From Bacilli bacterium (lineage in GTDB: Bacteria > Bacillota_I > Bacilli_A > RF39 > UBA660), in NCBI GenBank assembly GCA_007117415.1, contig SKGN01000040.1, forward strand, positions 1 to 41,722: a DNA stretch of 41,722 nucleotides. Direction: 5' to 3'. The translations under genes were made by a program, and so were the position numbers. Positions 1 to 9,879 of this stretch are shown piece after piece. The notes below the pieces were generated by a model that was not told the DNA's origin, did no database searches, and saw only the letters and a program-made list of their open reading frames with translations. Position 1 is the stretch's first letter. Each line of letters begins with the position of its first letter.

Positions 1-1
1 A

Positions 2-3000
2 AAAAATAATTTATCTTTAAAAGATTTAATAAAAACAGCCCATAATAATAAGGCTAATGAAAATATTTTGATAATAAATATTTTTAAATCAATAAAAAAA
101 ATAGCTAAACATAAGTTAGAGTATTTATATAAAGGGATTAGTTTTGCGGAAAAAGCCTTAATAAATGAGCAGGCATTAATTTATGATCAAATGTATGATA
201 ATAATAAAGTTGAATATCGTACTAAATTAATTAGATTGGCTAAAAGACATAAAAAAAACGAGTATGAGTTTGCTAAAGAAATTGTTGAAAAAGCTAATCA
301 GGAAGAAAAACATGTTGGTTGGTATTTATTTAAATCAAAAAACAGCAATAATAAAGCGGCCCTTTATCTTTCGGCAATAATAATAGTAACGCTTTTAGTG
401 TCTTATGCGATTGGAAAATATTTGGGGTATATGATGATGCCTATTCTTTTGGTACCTATAAGTATCGTTGTTACAGAATTTTCGACCCAAATATTAAGAA
501 ATATTACTAAAAGTAAGAGTTTATTTAAAATAAAGTTTGAAGAGGGGTTACCTACTCAATATAGTACGATGGTGGTTATACCAACCATAATTAAAAATAC
601 GGATAAGATTGAGCAAATGTTAGCATCTTTGGAAGTTTATTATTTGTCAAATAGAACTGATAATATTTATTTTACTTTACTTGGAGACCGTTCGAGTGAA
701 GATATTAAGGAATTAGAAATTGATAACACTATTGCCGAATATGGTATAAAGAAGGTTCAAGAATTAAATGAAAAATATGGTAAAAAAATATTTAACTTTA
801 TATATCGTAATCGCTTTTATAATGAGGGTGAAGAGTGTTTTTTAGGATTTGAAAGAAAAAGAGGCGCTTTAATTCATTTTAATAGACTCTTATTAAATAA
901 ATTAACAGCTAAAGAGAAAAAAGAATACTTTAAAGTTCATACTTTTGAGAACTTTGATGTTCCAATAAAGTATGTTATTACTTTGGACACGGATACAAAA
1001 CTGGTATTAAATACGGCTTTAAAAATGATAGGAGCAATGGCTCATCCTTTGAATCAACCAGTTCTTTCTAAAAACAAAAAGAAGGTTATAGGTGGATATG
1101 GATTGATGCAACCAAGAGTGGGTATTGATGTTGAAGTTACTAACAAATCATTATATTCGCAATTGTTTGCTGGTTTGGGTGGATTAGATATATATACAAC
1201 CGCCGCTTTTGACTTATATCAAGATGTTTTTGGCGAGGGTAGTTTTGTTGGTAAAGGAATTTATGATCTAGAAGTTTTTGATAATATCTTATCAGAGGCT
1301 TTTCCTAATAACCTTATTTTAAGTCATGACTTATTAGAAGGAAATTATTTAAAATGTGGTTTTATTAATGATGTAGAACTATTTGATGATTATCCGGCTC
1401 GCTATTTAAATGATGCTGCTAGACATCATCGTTGGAATCGAGGAGATTGGCAAATAATAGGGTGGTTAAAAAAGAAGGTTAAAAATGTTCATAATCAAGT
1501 TGTTAGTAATCCTATTAATTTGCTTGCTAAATGGAGAATTTTTGATAACTTAAGAAGGAGTTTACTTAGTGTCTTTTTATTACTTATTCTCTTCTTTGGT
1601 TTTACGATTGGAAAAGGTAACGTAATTTATTATTTTTTACTGGTTCTTTTTATAATAGCTATTCCGATATTATTCTTTTTATTAACTAGAATGATTTATC
1701 GTCAAAAATATGATATTTTCTTAAAGTATTATCTTAATATCATTATTGGGATAATAGCGGTTATCAACAAATCATATATTGTTCTAGCATTATTACCGTT
1801 TGAGGCTAAAATGTATATAGATTCAATTATAAAAGCGTTATATCGTCAATTTGTTAGCAAGAAAAGATTACTTAATTGGATGACGGCAGAGGAAGTTGAG
1901 AATGTTTTAAAGAATGATTTTAAGACTTATTTAAAAGCATTTAAAATTAATTATTTAACATCAATTTTATTAGTGATAATGAGTATTATTTTCAAACCAG
2001 AAAGCATTTCAATAGCGTTAATAATTTCGGTTATTTGGTTTATGGCGCCGGTTTTAATGTATTTAATTAGTCGTGATATACCATCTAAGCCAAAAGACTT
2101 AAACGATTCTGAAAAAGAAGAGATAAAAGAAATTGCGGAAAGAACGTGGAAATATTTTGAGGAATTACTTGTTGAAGAATATAATTATTTAATACCTGAT
2201 AATTATCAATTTAATCGCGAAAAAAAGGTTGATTATAAAACGTCGCCTACTAATATTGGTTTTTCTTTAGTTAGTATTGTGTCAGCTTATGAATTAGAGC
2301 TTATTAGTTCTAAGAGAGCGGTTAATTTAATTGTTAATGTTATTAGAAATGTTGAAGCGTTGCCTAAATGGAATGGTCATTTATATAACTGGTATAATAT
2401 TCATACTAAAAAAGAGTTACCACCATATTTTGTATCATCAGTTGATAGTGGTAATTTTGTTGTGTGTTTATTTGTAGTTAAAGAATTTTTAAAGAAGTAT
2501 GGTAATCAAGATAGTCTTTTTCGGATTAATAAATTAGTTGACGAAATGGACTTTACTAAACTATATAATGCGGATATGGATTTATTTAGTATTGGGTATC
2601 ATGGTGGGGATCAATCTTTATTGAAAAATCATTATGATAATTTTGCTTCGGAGACAAGGCTTACTAGTTATATTGCGATAGCCAAGGGAGATGTTGATTT
2701 TAAACATTGGTTTAGTTTAGATAAAACATTAACTAAATATAAATTTTATAAAGGAATAGCGTCATGGTCAGGTACTGCATTTGAATATTTTATGCCGTTA
2801 ATATTTATGAAAACGTATGACCATACTTTATTAGATGAGACTTATTTCTTTGCGTTTTATACGCAAAAAGAGTTTATAAGGCATATTAAGCATGATTTAC
2901 CTTGGGGCATTTCTGAATCAGCCTATAATGAATTAGATGATTCCGAAAACTATAAATATCAAGCTTTTGGGGTCCCATACTTAAAATTAAGAGATAGTAA

Positions 3001-6000
3001 ATCATATCCTATTATTATTTCGCCATATAGTTCATTAATGGCTATAGGTATTGACGATAGAGAAGTTTATATAAACATTAAAAAATTGAAAAAATTAAAA
3101 ATGTATGGCGATTATGGCTTTTATGAATCATATGATTATGAAGATAAGGCAATTGTAAAAACTTATTATGCTCACCATCAAGGAATGATTCTTTCAAGTT
3201 TAACTAATTATTTAAAAGATAACGCTATTCAAGAATACTTTCATAGTAATAAAAACGTTCAAGCTATTGAAATGCTTTTAAAAGAAAAAGTTCAAATTAA
3301 AACATATATTGATTTGAAAATTGCCAAATATAAAAAATATCAATATGTTAAAGAAAAATATGAAAGCGATGTTAGAGAATACGATAAATTAAAACCAATA
3401 CCAGAAGTAGAAGTTTTATCTAATGGTTTTTATTCTATTTTAATTGATGATAGAGGAGCCGGTTTAAGTAAGTATAAGAATTTGCAAATTAATAGAAGAA
3501 GGGAAATAGAGTCGTCAAAACATGGTATTTTTGTATATATAAAAAATTTAAATAATAACAATATATGGTCTAACACTTATGAACCATTAAATGGTAATCC
3601 GCAAAAATATAAAGCTATTTTTGCCTCTGATCGAGTAAAATATGTAAGAGAAGATGAGGGTATAGTTACCAATACGGAAGTAACAGTTGTTAAGGATCAT
3701 AATGCTGAAATTAGAAGATTAACATTTAAGAATAATAGTAATAAAGATGCTTATTTAGAAATCACTTCCTATGGTGAAGTGATTATGAGTCGAAATGAAG
3801 AGGACGTTGCCCACCGTGCTTTTAATAGTTTAACTATTCATACAGAAGTAGATCATAAACGTTCCGCTCTTATTTTTAGCAGAAGATCGCTTACTAAGGA
3901 AAATACCAAGTATTTTGTTATGCATAGAATGTTTTTGGATAATGAAAATGATTATTCTTTTGAATACGAAACATCTAGGTATCATTTTCTTGGCCGAAAT
4001 AATGATGTTTCTAATCCTGATGTAATTATTAATAATAAACCTTTATCCAAATTTATGGGAGCTGCTATAGACCCTATAATGAGTATTAGAAAGAAAATAT
4101 TAGTTAAGGCTAAGTCAAAAGAGAATGTTTATTTATTAGTTGGGTTTGGTAAATCTAAAGAACAAATTAATGAAATAATGGATATCTATAAGGATAAACC
4201 ATCAATAGAAAGAGCGTTTGAGATAACAACTGTTTTCAATAATATGAGAAATAGTTATGCTAATATAACGGCTAATCAAATGCGTTTATATAATTTAATG
4301 CTAAAATATATATATCAGTCAATTCCATTAACCAAAGAGAAGAAGGAGTTGTTATCTAAAAATACGATGGCTCAACCTAATTTGTGGAAGTTTGGTATAT
4401 CTGGTGATTGGCCTATTATCTTACTTGAAATAGATAAAATAGAAGATGCTGGGTTTATTAAAGATGTTTTACAAGCATATGAATTTTATAAGAGTAGAGC
4501 TCTTTATATAGATATTGTTATTATTAATAAAGAGGATATGAAAAAGGATAAACTTATTTCTAATTATATAGGTAATTTAATGTACCGAATCAATAGTCTT
4601 AATTATTTTGAGAATTCTCCGGGTGGAGTTTGGACTATAGCTTCTTCTGAGATTAATAATGAGGAAAACATTTTACTTAAATCAGTAGCGAGAATTCATA
4701 TAGACGCTTCATTAACTAAAACGTTAGAAGAACAAATATTAATGTTAGAAGAGAGTCTTCCTTCCATTAAAGAATCAAAATTAAATTATATTGAGACAGA
4801 TAATCAATTAAAAATGCCAGAAGATATTAGTTTCTATAATAAATATGGTGGTTTTGTTAATGATGGGAAAGAATATTTAATTAATAATAATGATACTCCA
4901 ACTCCGTGGGTTAATATTTTAGCTAATAAAGATTTTGGAACGGTTGTAAGTAATAATTTAGGTGGTTTTACTTATGCCTTTAATAGTAGAGAATATAAAT
5001 TAACAAAATGGAGTAATGATGCGGTTAGCGATCCTAGTAGTGAAATGATTATTATTAATAAGGAAATTTTTAAACCAAATCTTGTAAAACACGGTTTAGG
5101 GTATTCAATCTTTGAAGCAAGTACTAAGGAATATACTATTGCTATTAGAGTTTTTGTTGGTTTAAAAAATCCGATAAAGTTTTATAGTATAGATATTTCT
5201 AATAAGACAGATAATAATCAAAATTTAGCGATAGATTTTATGGCTAAAATGGTATTAGGTGTAACTGAAGAAATAGCTAATCGTCATATCATAAGTAATT
5301 TTAATAAAAACGATAATACTTTATATATGAAAAACACCTATAATAGTCATTTTTCTGATGTTGAAGCTTTTATGTCATCAACGGAATCAATTGTTGAATA
5401 TAATGATGAAAAGAATGACTTAAAAGGGATTAAGGTGAATGTTGAGTTAAAAAAAGCCGAAACTTATTCTTTTGCCTTTATGTTAGGAGCTAGAAAAGAG
5501 GATATTGATATATCTAAATATAAGAATATAGATATAATTAATAAAGAATTTAAAGAAGTTGCAATTTATTTTGAAAATAAATTTTCAAATATAATTGTTA
5601 ATACGCCTGATAAATCGTTTGATTACGTTATAAATGGTTGGTATTTATATCAAACATATATAGCGCGACTAATAGCTAAAACAGGTTATTATCAAGTTAG
5701 TGGAGCAACTGGTTTTAGAGATCAATTACAAGATGTTATGAGCATTCTATATGTTGATTCAGAATATGCTAGAAAGCAAATATTAAAACATGCTAAACAT
5801 CAATTTAAAGAAGGAGATGTTCTTCATTGGTGGCATGAAGAGATGATGAATGGGCTTAGAACTAGATTTTCTGATGATTATTTGTGGCTTATATATGTTA
5901 CTTATGAGTACATTAAAATAACGGGAGATAACAGTATCCTTAAAGAAGAAGTTAGTTTTGTTGAGGGACCTGAATTAGATGAAAATGAATCAGAACGAGG

Positions 6001-7084
6001 ATTTAATTTCAGTTATTCCACCTCTAAAGAAAGCTTATATAATCATTTAAAATTATGTATTAATAAAGCGTTACGTCAATTTGGGAATCATGGGTTACCA
6101 TTAATGGGTAGTGGCGACTGGAATGATGGCATGAACAAAGTGGGTTATAAAGGTAGAGGAGAAAGTGTTTTTGTTGGTTTCTTCTTATATGATTTGTTAT
6201 TTAAAATGGCTGATATAGCTAAAATGGTTAAAGACAAAGAGTTAGAAAAAACATGTTTAGCTAAAACGGAAGTTCTAAAACAAGATTTAAATAAAAATGC
6301 TTGGGATGGTGCTTGGTATTTAAGAGCGTTCTTTGATAATGGTATTCCCATGGGTTCTAGGAATAATAGGGAGTGTCAAATTGACTTATTAAGTCAGGCT
6401 TGGAGCATTTTATCAGAAGTAGCAGATGATGAGAAAAAGCATATCATATTTGCTGAAACAGAAAGCAGGCTAGTTGATAGAAATAATAAAATAATAAAAT
6501 TATTAACGCCTCCATTTAGAAAGACAAGAAATAATCCAGGTTATATAAAAGATTATGTAGCCGGTTTAAGAGAAAATGGTGGTCAATATACCCATGCTGC
6601 TTTATGGTATATTATGGCTTTGTTAAAAGAGAAAAAAATAGATATAGCTAATGAATACTATCAAATGATAAATCCAATTAATCGTTCTTTATCAAAAACA
6701 GATGTTCTTAAATATAAAACGGAACCATATGTATTAGCAGCTGATATGTACGCTAATATGGGGCATTTAGGAAGAGGTGGATGGACTTGGTATACGGGTT
6801 CTTCAGCTTGGGCTTATAAGGTGGCGATCGAAGAAATATTAGGCTTTAAGAAAAAAGGAAAAACGTTAACAATTGAACCTAAAACAAATTCTAAATGGTC
6901 AGAGTTTGAAATAAAATATAAATACTTAAATACTAATTATTTAATAAAAGTTACTAATCCAAATAATTTAGCTAGTGGAAAAGTAGCAATAAAGATGGAT
7001 GGTAAAAAGATAAAGGATAACATCATTAAATTAGTTGATGATAAAAAGAATCATAAGATTAGTGTTAATATAATGGAGGAATAA
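2..7084 (+). CDS. Cyclic beta-1,2-glucan synthase-like giant multidomain protein (Cgs/NdvB/ChvB type: GT84 glycosyltransferase, TM segments, alpha/alpha cyclization-type region, GH94 phosphorylase-like C-terminus); probably 5'-partial in this window
   Basis: The track ORF is 68..7084 (2338 aa) with a TTG start. GT-type motifs are VVIPTI, LDTDT (DxD, nt 986-994), LSHDLLEG and RHHRWNRGDWQ (nt 1421-1453). Several hydrophobic helices follow, then GHLYNWYN, then the GH94-like motifs RDQLQD, GSGDWNDGMN and GGWTWYTGS. The same frame has no stop from nt 2 to 68, and no Shine-Dalgarno precedes the TTG. Confidence 0.8.
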   Translation, partial: KNNLSLKDLIKTAHNNKANENILIINIFKSIKKIAKHKLEYLYKGISFAEKALINEQALIYDQMYDNNKVEYRTKLIRLAKRHKKNEYEFAKEIVEKANQEEKHVGWYLFKSKNSNNKAALYLSAIIIVTLLVSYAIGKYLGYMMMPILLVPISIVVTEFSTQILRNITKSKSLFKIKFEEGLPTQYSTMVVIPTIIKNTDKIEQMLASLEVYYLSNRTDNIYFTLLGDRSSEDIKELEIDNTIAEYGIKKVQELNEKYGKKIFNFIYRNRFYNEGEECFLGFERKRGALIHFNRLLLNKLTAKEKKEYFKVHTFENFDVPIKYVITLDTDTKLVLNTALKMIGAMAHPLNQPVLSKNKKKVIGGYGLMQPRVGIDVEVTNKSLYSQLFAGLGGLDIYTTAAFDLYQDVFGEGSFVGKGIYDLEVFDNILSEAFPNNLILSHDLLEGNYLKCGFINDVELFDDYPARYLNDAARHHRWNRGDWQIIGWLKKKVKNVHNQVVSNPINLLAKWRIFDNLRRSLLSVFLLLILFFGFTIGKGNVIYYFLLVLFIIAIPILFFLLTRMIYRQKYDIFLKYYLNIIIGIIAVINKSYIVLALLPFEAKMYIDSIIKALYRQFVSKKRLLNWMTAEEVENVLKNDFKTYLKAFKINYLTSILLVIMSIIFKPESISIALIISVIWFMAPVLMYLISRDIPSKPKDLNDSEKEEIKEIAERTWKYFEELLVEEYNYLIPDNYQFNREKKVDYKTSPTNIGFSLVSIVSAYELELISSKRAVNLIVNVIRNVEALPKWNGHLYNWYNIHTKKELPPYFVSSVDSGNFVVCLFVVKEFLKKYGNQDSLFRINKLVDEMDFTKLYNADMDLFSIGYHGGDQSLLKNHYDNFASETRLTSYIAIAKGDVDFKHWFSLDKTLTKYKFYKGIASWSGTAFEYFMPLIFMKTYDHTLLDETYFFAFYTQKEFIRHIKHDLPWGISESAYNELDDSENYKYQAFGVPYLKLRDSKSYPIIISPYSSLMAIGIDDREVYINIKKLKKLKMYGDYGFYESYDYEDKAIVKTYYAHHQGMILSSLTNYLKDNAIQEYFHSNKNVQAIEMLLKEKVQIKTYIDLKIAKYKKYQYVKEKYESDVREYDKLKPIPEVEVLSNGFYSILIDDRGAGLSKYKNLQINRRREIESSKHGIFVYIKNLNNNNIWSNTYEPLNGNPQKYKAIFASDRVKYVREDEGIVTNTEVTVVKDHNAEIRRLTFKNNSNKDAYLEITSYGEVIMSRNEEDVAHRAFNSLTIHTEVDHKRSALIFSRRSLTKENTKYFVMHRMFLDNENDYSFEYETSRYHFLGRNNDVSNPDVIINNKPLSKFMGAAIDPIMSIRKKILVKAKSKENVYLLVGFGKSKEQINEIMDIYKDKPSIERAFEITTVFNNMRNSYANITANQMRLYNLMLKYIYQSIPLTKEKKELLSKNTMAQPNLWKFGISGDWPIILLEIDKIEDAGFIKDVLQAYEFYKSRALYIDIVIINKEDMKKDKLISNYIGNLMYRINSLNYFENSPGGVWTIASSEINNEENILLKSVARIHIDASLTKTLEEQILMLEESLPSIKESKLNYIETDNQLKMPEDISFYNKYGGFVNDGKEYLINNNDTPTPWVNILANKDFGTVVSNNLGGFTYAFNSREYKLTKWSNDAVSDPSSEMIIINKEIFKPNLVKHGLGYSIFEASTKEYTIAIRVFVGLKNPIKFYSIDISNKTDNNQNLAIDFMAKMVLGVTEEIANRHIISNFNKNDNTLYMKNTYNSHFSDVEAFMSSTESIVEYNDEKNDLKGIKVNVELKKAETYSFAFMLGARKEDIDISKYKNIDIINKEFKEVAIYFENKFSNIIVNTPDKSFDYVINGWYLYQTYIARLIAKTGYYQVSGATGFRDQLQDVMSILYVDSEYARKQILKHAKHQFKEGDVLHWWHEEMMNGLRTRFSDDYLWLIYVTYEYIKITGDNSILKEEVSFVEGPELDENESERGFNFSYSTSKESLYNHLKLCINKALRQFGNHGLPLMGSGDWNDGMNKVGYKGRGESVFVGFFLYDLLFKMADIAKMVKDKELEKTCLAKTEVLKQDLNKNAWDGAWYLRAFFDNGIPMGSRNNRECQIDLLSQAWSILSEVADDEKKHIIFAETESRLVDRNNKIIKLLTPPFRKTRNNPGYIKDYVAGLRENGGQYTHAALWYIMALLKEKKIDIANEYYQMINPINRSLSKTDVLKYKTEPYVLAADMYANMGHLGRGGWTWYTGSSAWAYKVAIEEILGFKKKGKTLTIEPKTNSKWSEFEIKYKYLNTNYLIKVTNPNNLASGKVAIKMDGKKIKDNIIKLVDDKKNHKISVNIMEE

Positions 7085-8298
7085 TGATGATAAAGTTTGA
7101 TTTTGATACTTTTAGAAAACAAAATATAACTGATGAAGAATTAAATCAGTTTGATAATATTGATAATGAAATTAATGTTTTTTTCGATCAATATAAAAAT
7201 TATATGGGATGGTATCATATTGATAAACTATTTAACAATCAAATAATGGAGGATATTAACGCTACGGGGTCATATATTAAAGACAATTGTGATGCGTTTA
7301 TAGTAGTAGGTATAGGTGGGTCTTATTTAGGCTCACAAGCTGTAATCGAGGCTTTAAATGACTATTATTATAACCAAAAGAAAAGTCCTAAAATATATTA
7401 TTTAGGGACTTCTTTATCATCTCAACAATATAATGATTTTATTGATTTAATAAAAGAAAAAGAAATAATAATTAATGTTATTTCTAAGTCTGGAACAACG
7501 CTTGAAACAACTATAACATATGAACTGTTATTAAAATTTATGAAAGAAAAGTATAACCCTGAAGAGTTAAAGAATAGAGTCATAATAACTACGGATAATG
7601 ATGATAACCCCTTAAAAGAGGATGCTAGAAAATATGGTTTTAAATCTTTTATTATTCCTAGTGATATAGGTGGTAGGTATTCTGTTTTTACTCCGGCCGG
7701 GTTATTACCTATTAGGGTATCTAATTTTGATTTAAAAAAATTATATGATGGGGCTAAAGAAGCTTGTAATAATATAAATAATCAAATTAAATATGCGATT
7801 ATTAGGCACTTGATGTATAAAAAAGGAAAAACAATTGAAGCCTTTGTTATTTACGAACCAAAATTAAATTCATTTGTTGAGTGGTTAAAACAGTTATATG
7901 CTGAATCTTTAGGTAAAGAAGAAAAAGGCATTTTACCAATTGGACTTAGTAATACCAAAGATTTACATTCAATGGGTCAATATATTCAAGAAGGTAGTAA
8001 AATAGTATTTGAAACGATAATAAAAACTAATAGTAATAATAATATGATGATTGATAAATATAATAAAACATTAGATCAAATTAATGATATAGCGTGTTTA
8101 TCTACTGCTGCTGCGCATTTAGAAGCAGGCGTTTTAAATAATATTATTACGATTGAAACAATAAATGAAAAAACAATTGGTTATTTAATGCAATTTTTTA
8201 TGATATCTTGTGCTATAAGTGGTTATATAGAAGGGGTTAATCCTTTTGATCAAGAAGGGGTTAACAATTATAAAACCAAAATAGAGGAATTGTTGTAA
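7084..8298 (+). CDS. pgi: Glucose-6-phosphate isomerase
   Basis: PGI motifs are present: VVGIGGSYLG, ISKSGTTLET, DIGGRYSV, ESLGK and HSMGQY. GGAGG lies at 7075-7079. The start is ATG 7084 or 7087, and 7084 overlaps the upstream stop as TAATG. Confidence 0.9.
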   Translation: MMIKFDFDTFRKQNITDEELNQFDNIDNEINVFFDQYKNYMGWYHIDKLFNNQIMEDINATGSYIKDNCDAFIVVGIGGSYLGSQAVIEALNDYYYNQKKSPKIYYLGTSLSSQQYNDFIDLIKEKEIIINVISKSGTTLETTITYELLLKFMKEKYNPEELKNRVIITTDNDDNPLKEDARKYGFKSFIIPSDIGGRYSVFTPAGLLPIRVSNFDLKKLYDGAKEACNNINNQIKYAIIRHLMYKKGKTIEAFVIYEPKLNSFVEWLKQLYAESLGKEEKGILPIGLSNTKDLHSMGQYIQEGSKIVFETIIKTNSNNNMMIDKYNKTLDQINDIACLSTAAAHLEAGVLNNIITIETINEKTIGYLMQFFMISCAISGYIEGVNPFDQEGVNNYKTKIEELL

Positions 8299-8356
8299 TA
8301 AATTAAACAAAATATGGCAAAAAACTTGTTTTTATTAACAAATATGGCTTAAAGTA

Positions 8357-8385
8357 TTGCAATTAATAGTAAAACGTGATATTTT
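8357..8385 (+). promoter_or_regulatory. Putative sigma-A promoter for hup (TTGCAA-N17-TATTTT with TG at -15/-14)
   Basis: TTGCAA is at 8357-8362, followed by a 17-nt spacer ending in TGa, then TATTTT at 8380-8385, about 55 nt upstream of the hup start. Confidence 0.4.
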
Positions 8386-8439
8386 ATATTTGTAAGCATA
8401 ACATGTGCTTAATATTTATAAGATATGGGAGGTAATAAA

Positions 8440-8712
8440 ATGACAAAAGCAGAATTAGTAGAAGTTATGGCTAATCAAGCGGGACTTACTAAAGCAGATG
8501 CTGCACGCGCATTAGATGCATTTATGACTGGAGTTACAGGTGCATTAAAGAAAGGAAAAAAAGTTACGTTAGTAGGGTTTGGTACATTTGATGTTAAGAA
8601 AAGACCAGCTCGTATGGGACGTAATCCTCAAACAAATGAAGCTGTAAAAATTCCTGCTAGAAATGTTGTATCTTTTAAAGTTGGAAGTAAATTAAAAGAA
8701 TCAGTAAATTAA
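8440..8712 (+). CDS. hup: HU family DNA-binding protein
   Basis: MTKAELVE...GFGTF...[16 protein letters not shown] is the classic HU fold sequence. The track ORF starts at 8425, but GGGAGG at 8427-8432 is an RBS placed for ATG 8440. Confidence 0.9.
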   Translation: MTKAELVEVMANQAGLTKADAARALDAFMTGVTGALKKGKKVTLVGFGTFDVKKRPARMGRNPQTNEAVKIPARNVVSFKVGSKLKESVN

Positions 8713-8741
8713 AGATAAAGTTTAACTTTATCTTTTTTTTT
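8711..8741 (+). terminator. Rho-independent terminator after hup
   Basis: A perfect 11-bp stem AAAGATAAAGT / ACTTTATCTTT with loop TTA is followed by a T-run. Confidence 0.7.
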
Positions 8742-8749
8742 GGTATAAT
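8721..8749 (+). promoter_or_regulatory. Putative extended -10 promoter (TGgTATAAT) for cca
   Basis: TGGTATAAT at 8741-8749 lies 16 nt upstream of the cca start. The -35 is weak (TTTAAC, 17-nt spacer). Confidence 0.45.
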
Positions 8750-8764
8750 CATAGAGGTGATTTA

Positions 8765-9862
8765 ATGTTAAAAACAAGTGTAGATGTTTTAAAGAAGATA
8801 GAGAAACAAGGATTTGAGGCTTATATAGTTGGTGGCTTTGTTCGTGATTATTATATGAATAATACTAGTGTAGATGTTGATATATGTACTAATGCTACGC
8901 CATATGAGCTTAGTAAAATATTTAAAGAAGCGTTAATGCCGTCAACTAGTTATGGTTCAGTTACGCTTATTTATCTTAAAGTTAGATATGAAATTACAAC
9001 TTTTCGCAAAGAGTTAAGGTATAAGAATCGAAAACCAATTGAAATAGAGTATATTAATGATTTAGAATCGGATTTAAAAAGAAGAGATTTTACGATTAAC
9101 ACACTTTGTATGAATAGCGATGGTGAAATAATTGATTTATTAAATGGTCGTAATGATATTAAGCAGAAAACGATAAAAATGATAGGTGATCCTAATTTAA
9201 AATTAAAAGAGGATGCCTTAAGAATTTTAAGAGCTATTCGCTTTGCGACTATTTTAAATTTTAAATTAGATGGTAGTTTAAAAAAGGCTATAAATAAGAA
9301 TAGAAAGCTATTAAAGACTTTATCATATACAAGAAAAAAAGAAGAATTAACTCGCATTTTGACTAGTTCTAATGCTATTTATGGGGTTTCTCTCTTACGA
9401 GAACTAAAATTAGATCGCTATTTAGATGTAACGGGGTTATCAAAAATAAAAATAATAGATGATATATTAGGTATTTGGGCTCAGTTAGATGTTATTGATA
9501 AGTACCCTTTTAATAAAACCGAAAGAGAGATGATTTTTAAGCTAAATGAGGTTTTAAAACTTAAAAGGATAGATAACTATACTGTTTATAAATATGGGCT
9601 TTATATTGCCGCTATAGCGGCCTCTATTAAAGGTATAGAGAAAAAGATGATTATCGCTTTAAATGATAATTTACCTATTAAAGGTAGAAGCGATATTGCT
9701 ATTGATATTAATGAGGTTTGTCAGCTATTAAATAAAAAACCTGATAAATGGCTAAAAAAAATGTTTGACCATATTGAAAAGAAAATAGTAACAAAGGAGA
9801 TACCAAATGATAAAAAAATAATAACAAATTATATTATTAATAATACTAAATACATACTCTAG
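8765..9862 (+). CDS. cca: CCA-adding tRNA nucleotidyltransferase
   Basis: Pol-beta nucleotidyltransferase motifs GGFVRDYYM..DVDI and RRDFTINTL are present. RBS GAGGTGA sits upstream. Confidence 0.85.
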   Translation: MLKTSVDVLKKIEKQGFEAYIVGGFVRDYYMNNTSVDVDICTNATPYELSKIFKEALMPSTSYGSVTLIYLKVRYEITTFRKELRYKNRKPIEIEYINDLESDLKRRDFTINTLCMNSDGEIIDLLNGRNDIKQKTIKMIGDPNLKLKEDALRILRAIRFATILNFKLDGSLKKAINKNRKLLKTLSYTRKKEELTRILTSSNAIYGVSLLRELKLDRYLDVTGLSKIKIIDDILGIWAQLDVIDKYPFNKTEREMIFKLNEVLKLKRIDNYTVYKYGLYIAAIAASIKGIEKKMIIALNDNLPIKGRSDIAIDINEVCQLLNKKPDKWLKKMFDHIEKKIVTKEIPNDKKIITNYIINNTKYIL

Positions 9863-9879
9863 AATGAGGTGTATTTTTT

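Noticed and set aside
6145-6351. 68-aa minus-strand ORF
   Set aside because: It is antisense inside the GH94-like region of the glucan synthase gene and has no independent signals.
8971-9357. 128-aa minus-strand ORF
   Set aside because: It is antisense within cca. It has low-complexity AT-rich-frame composition, no RBS, and the cca frame carries clear family motifs.
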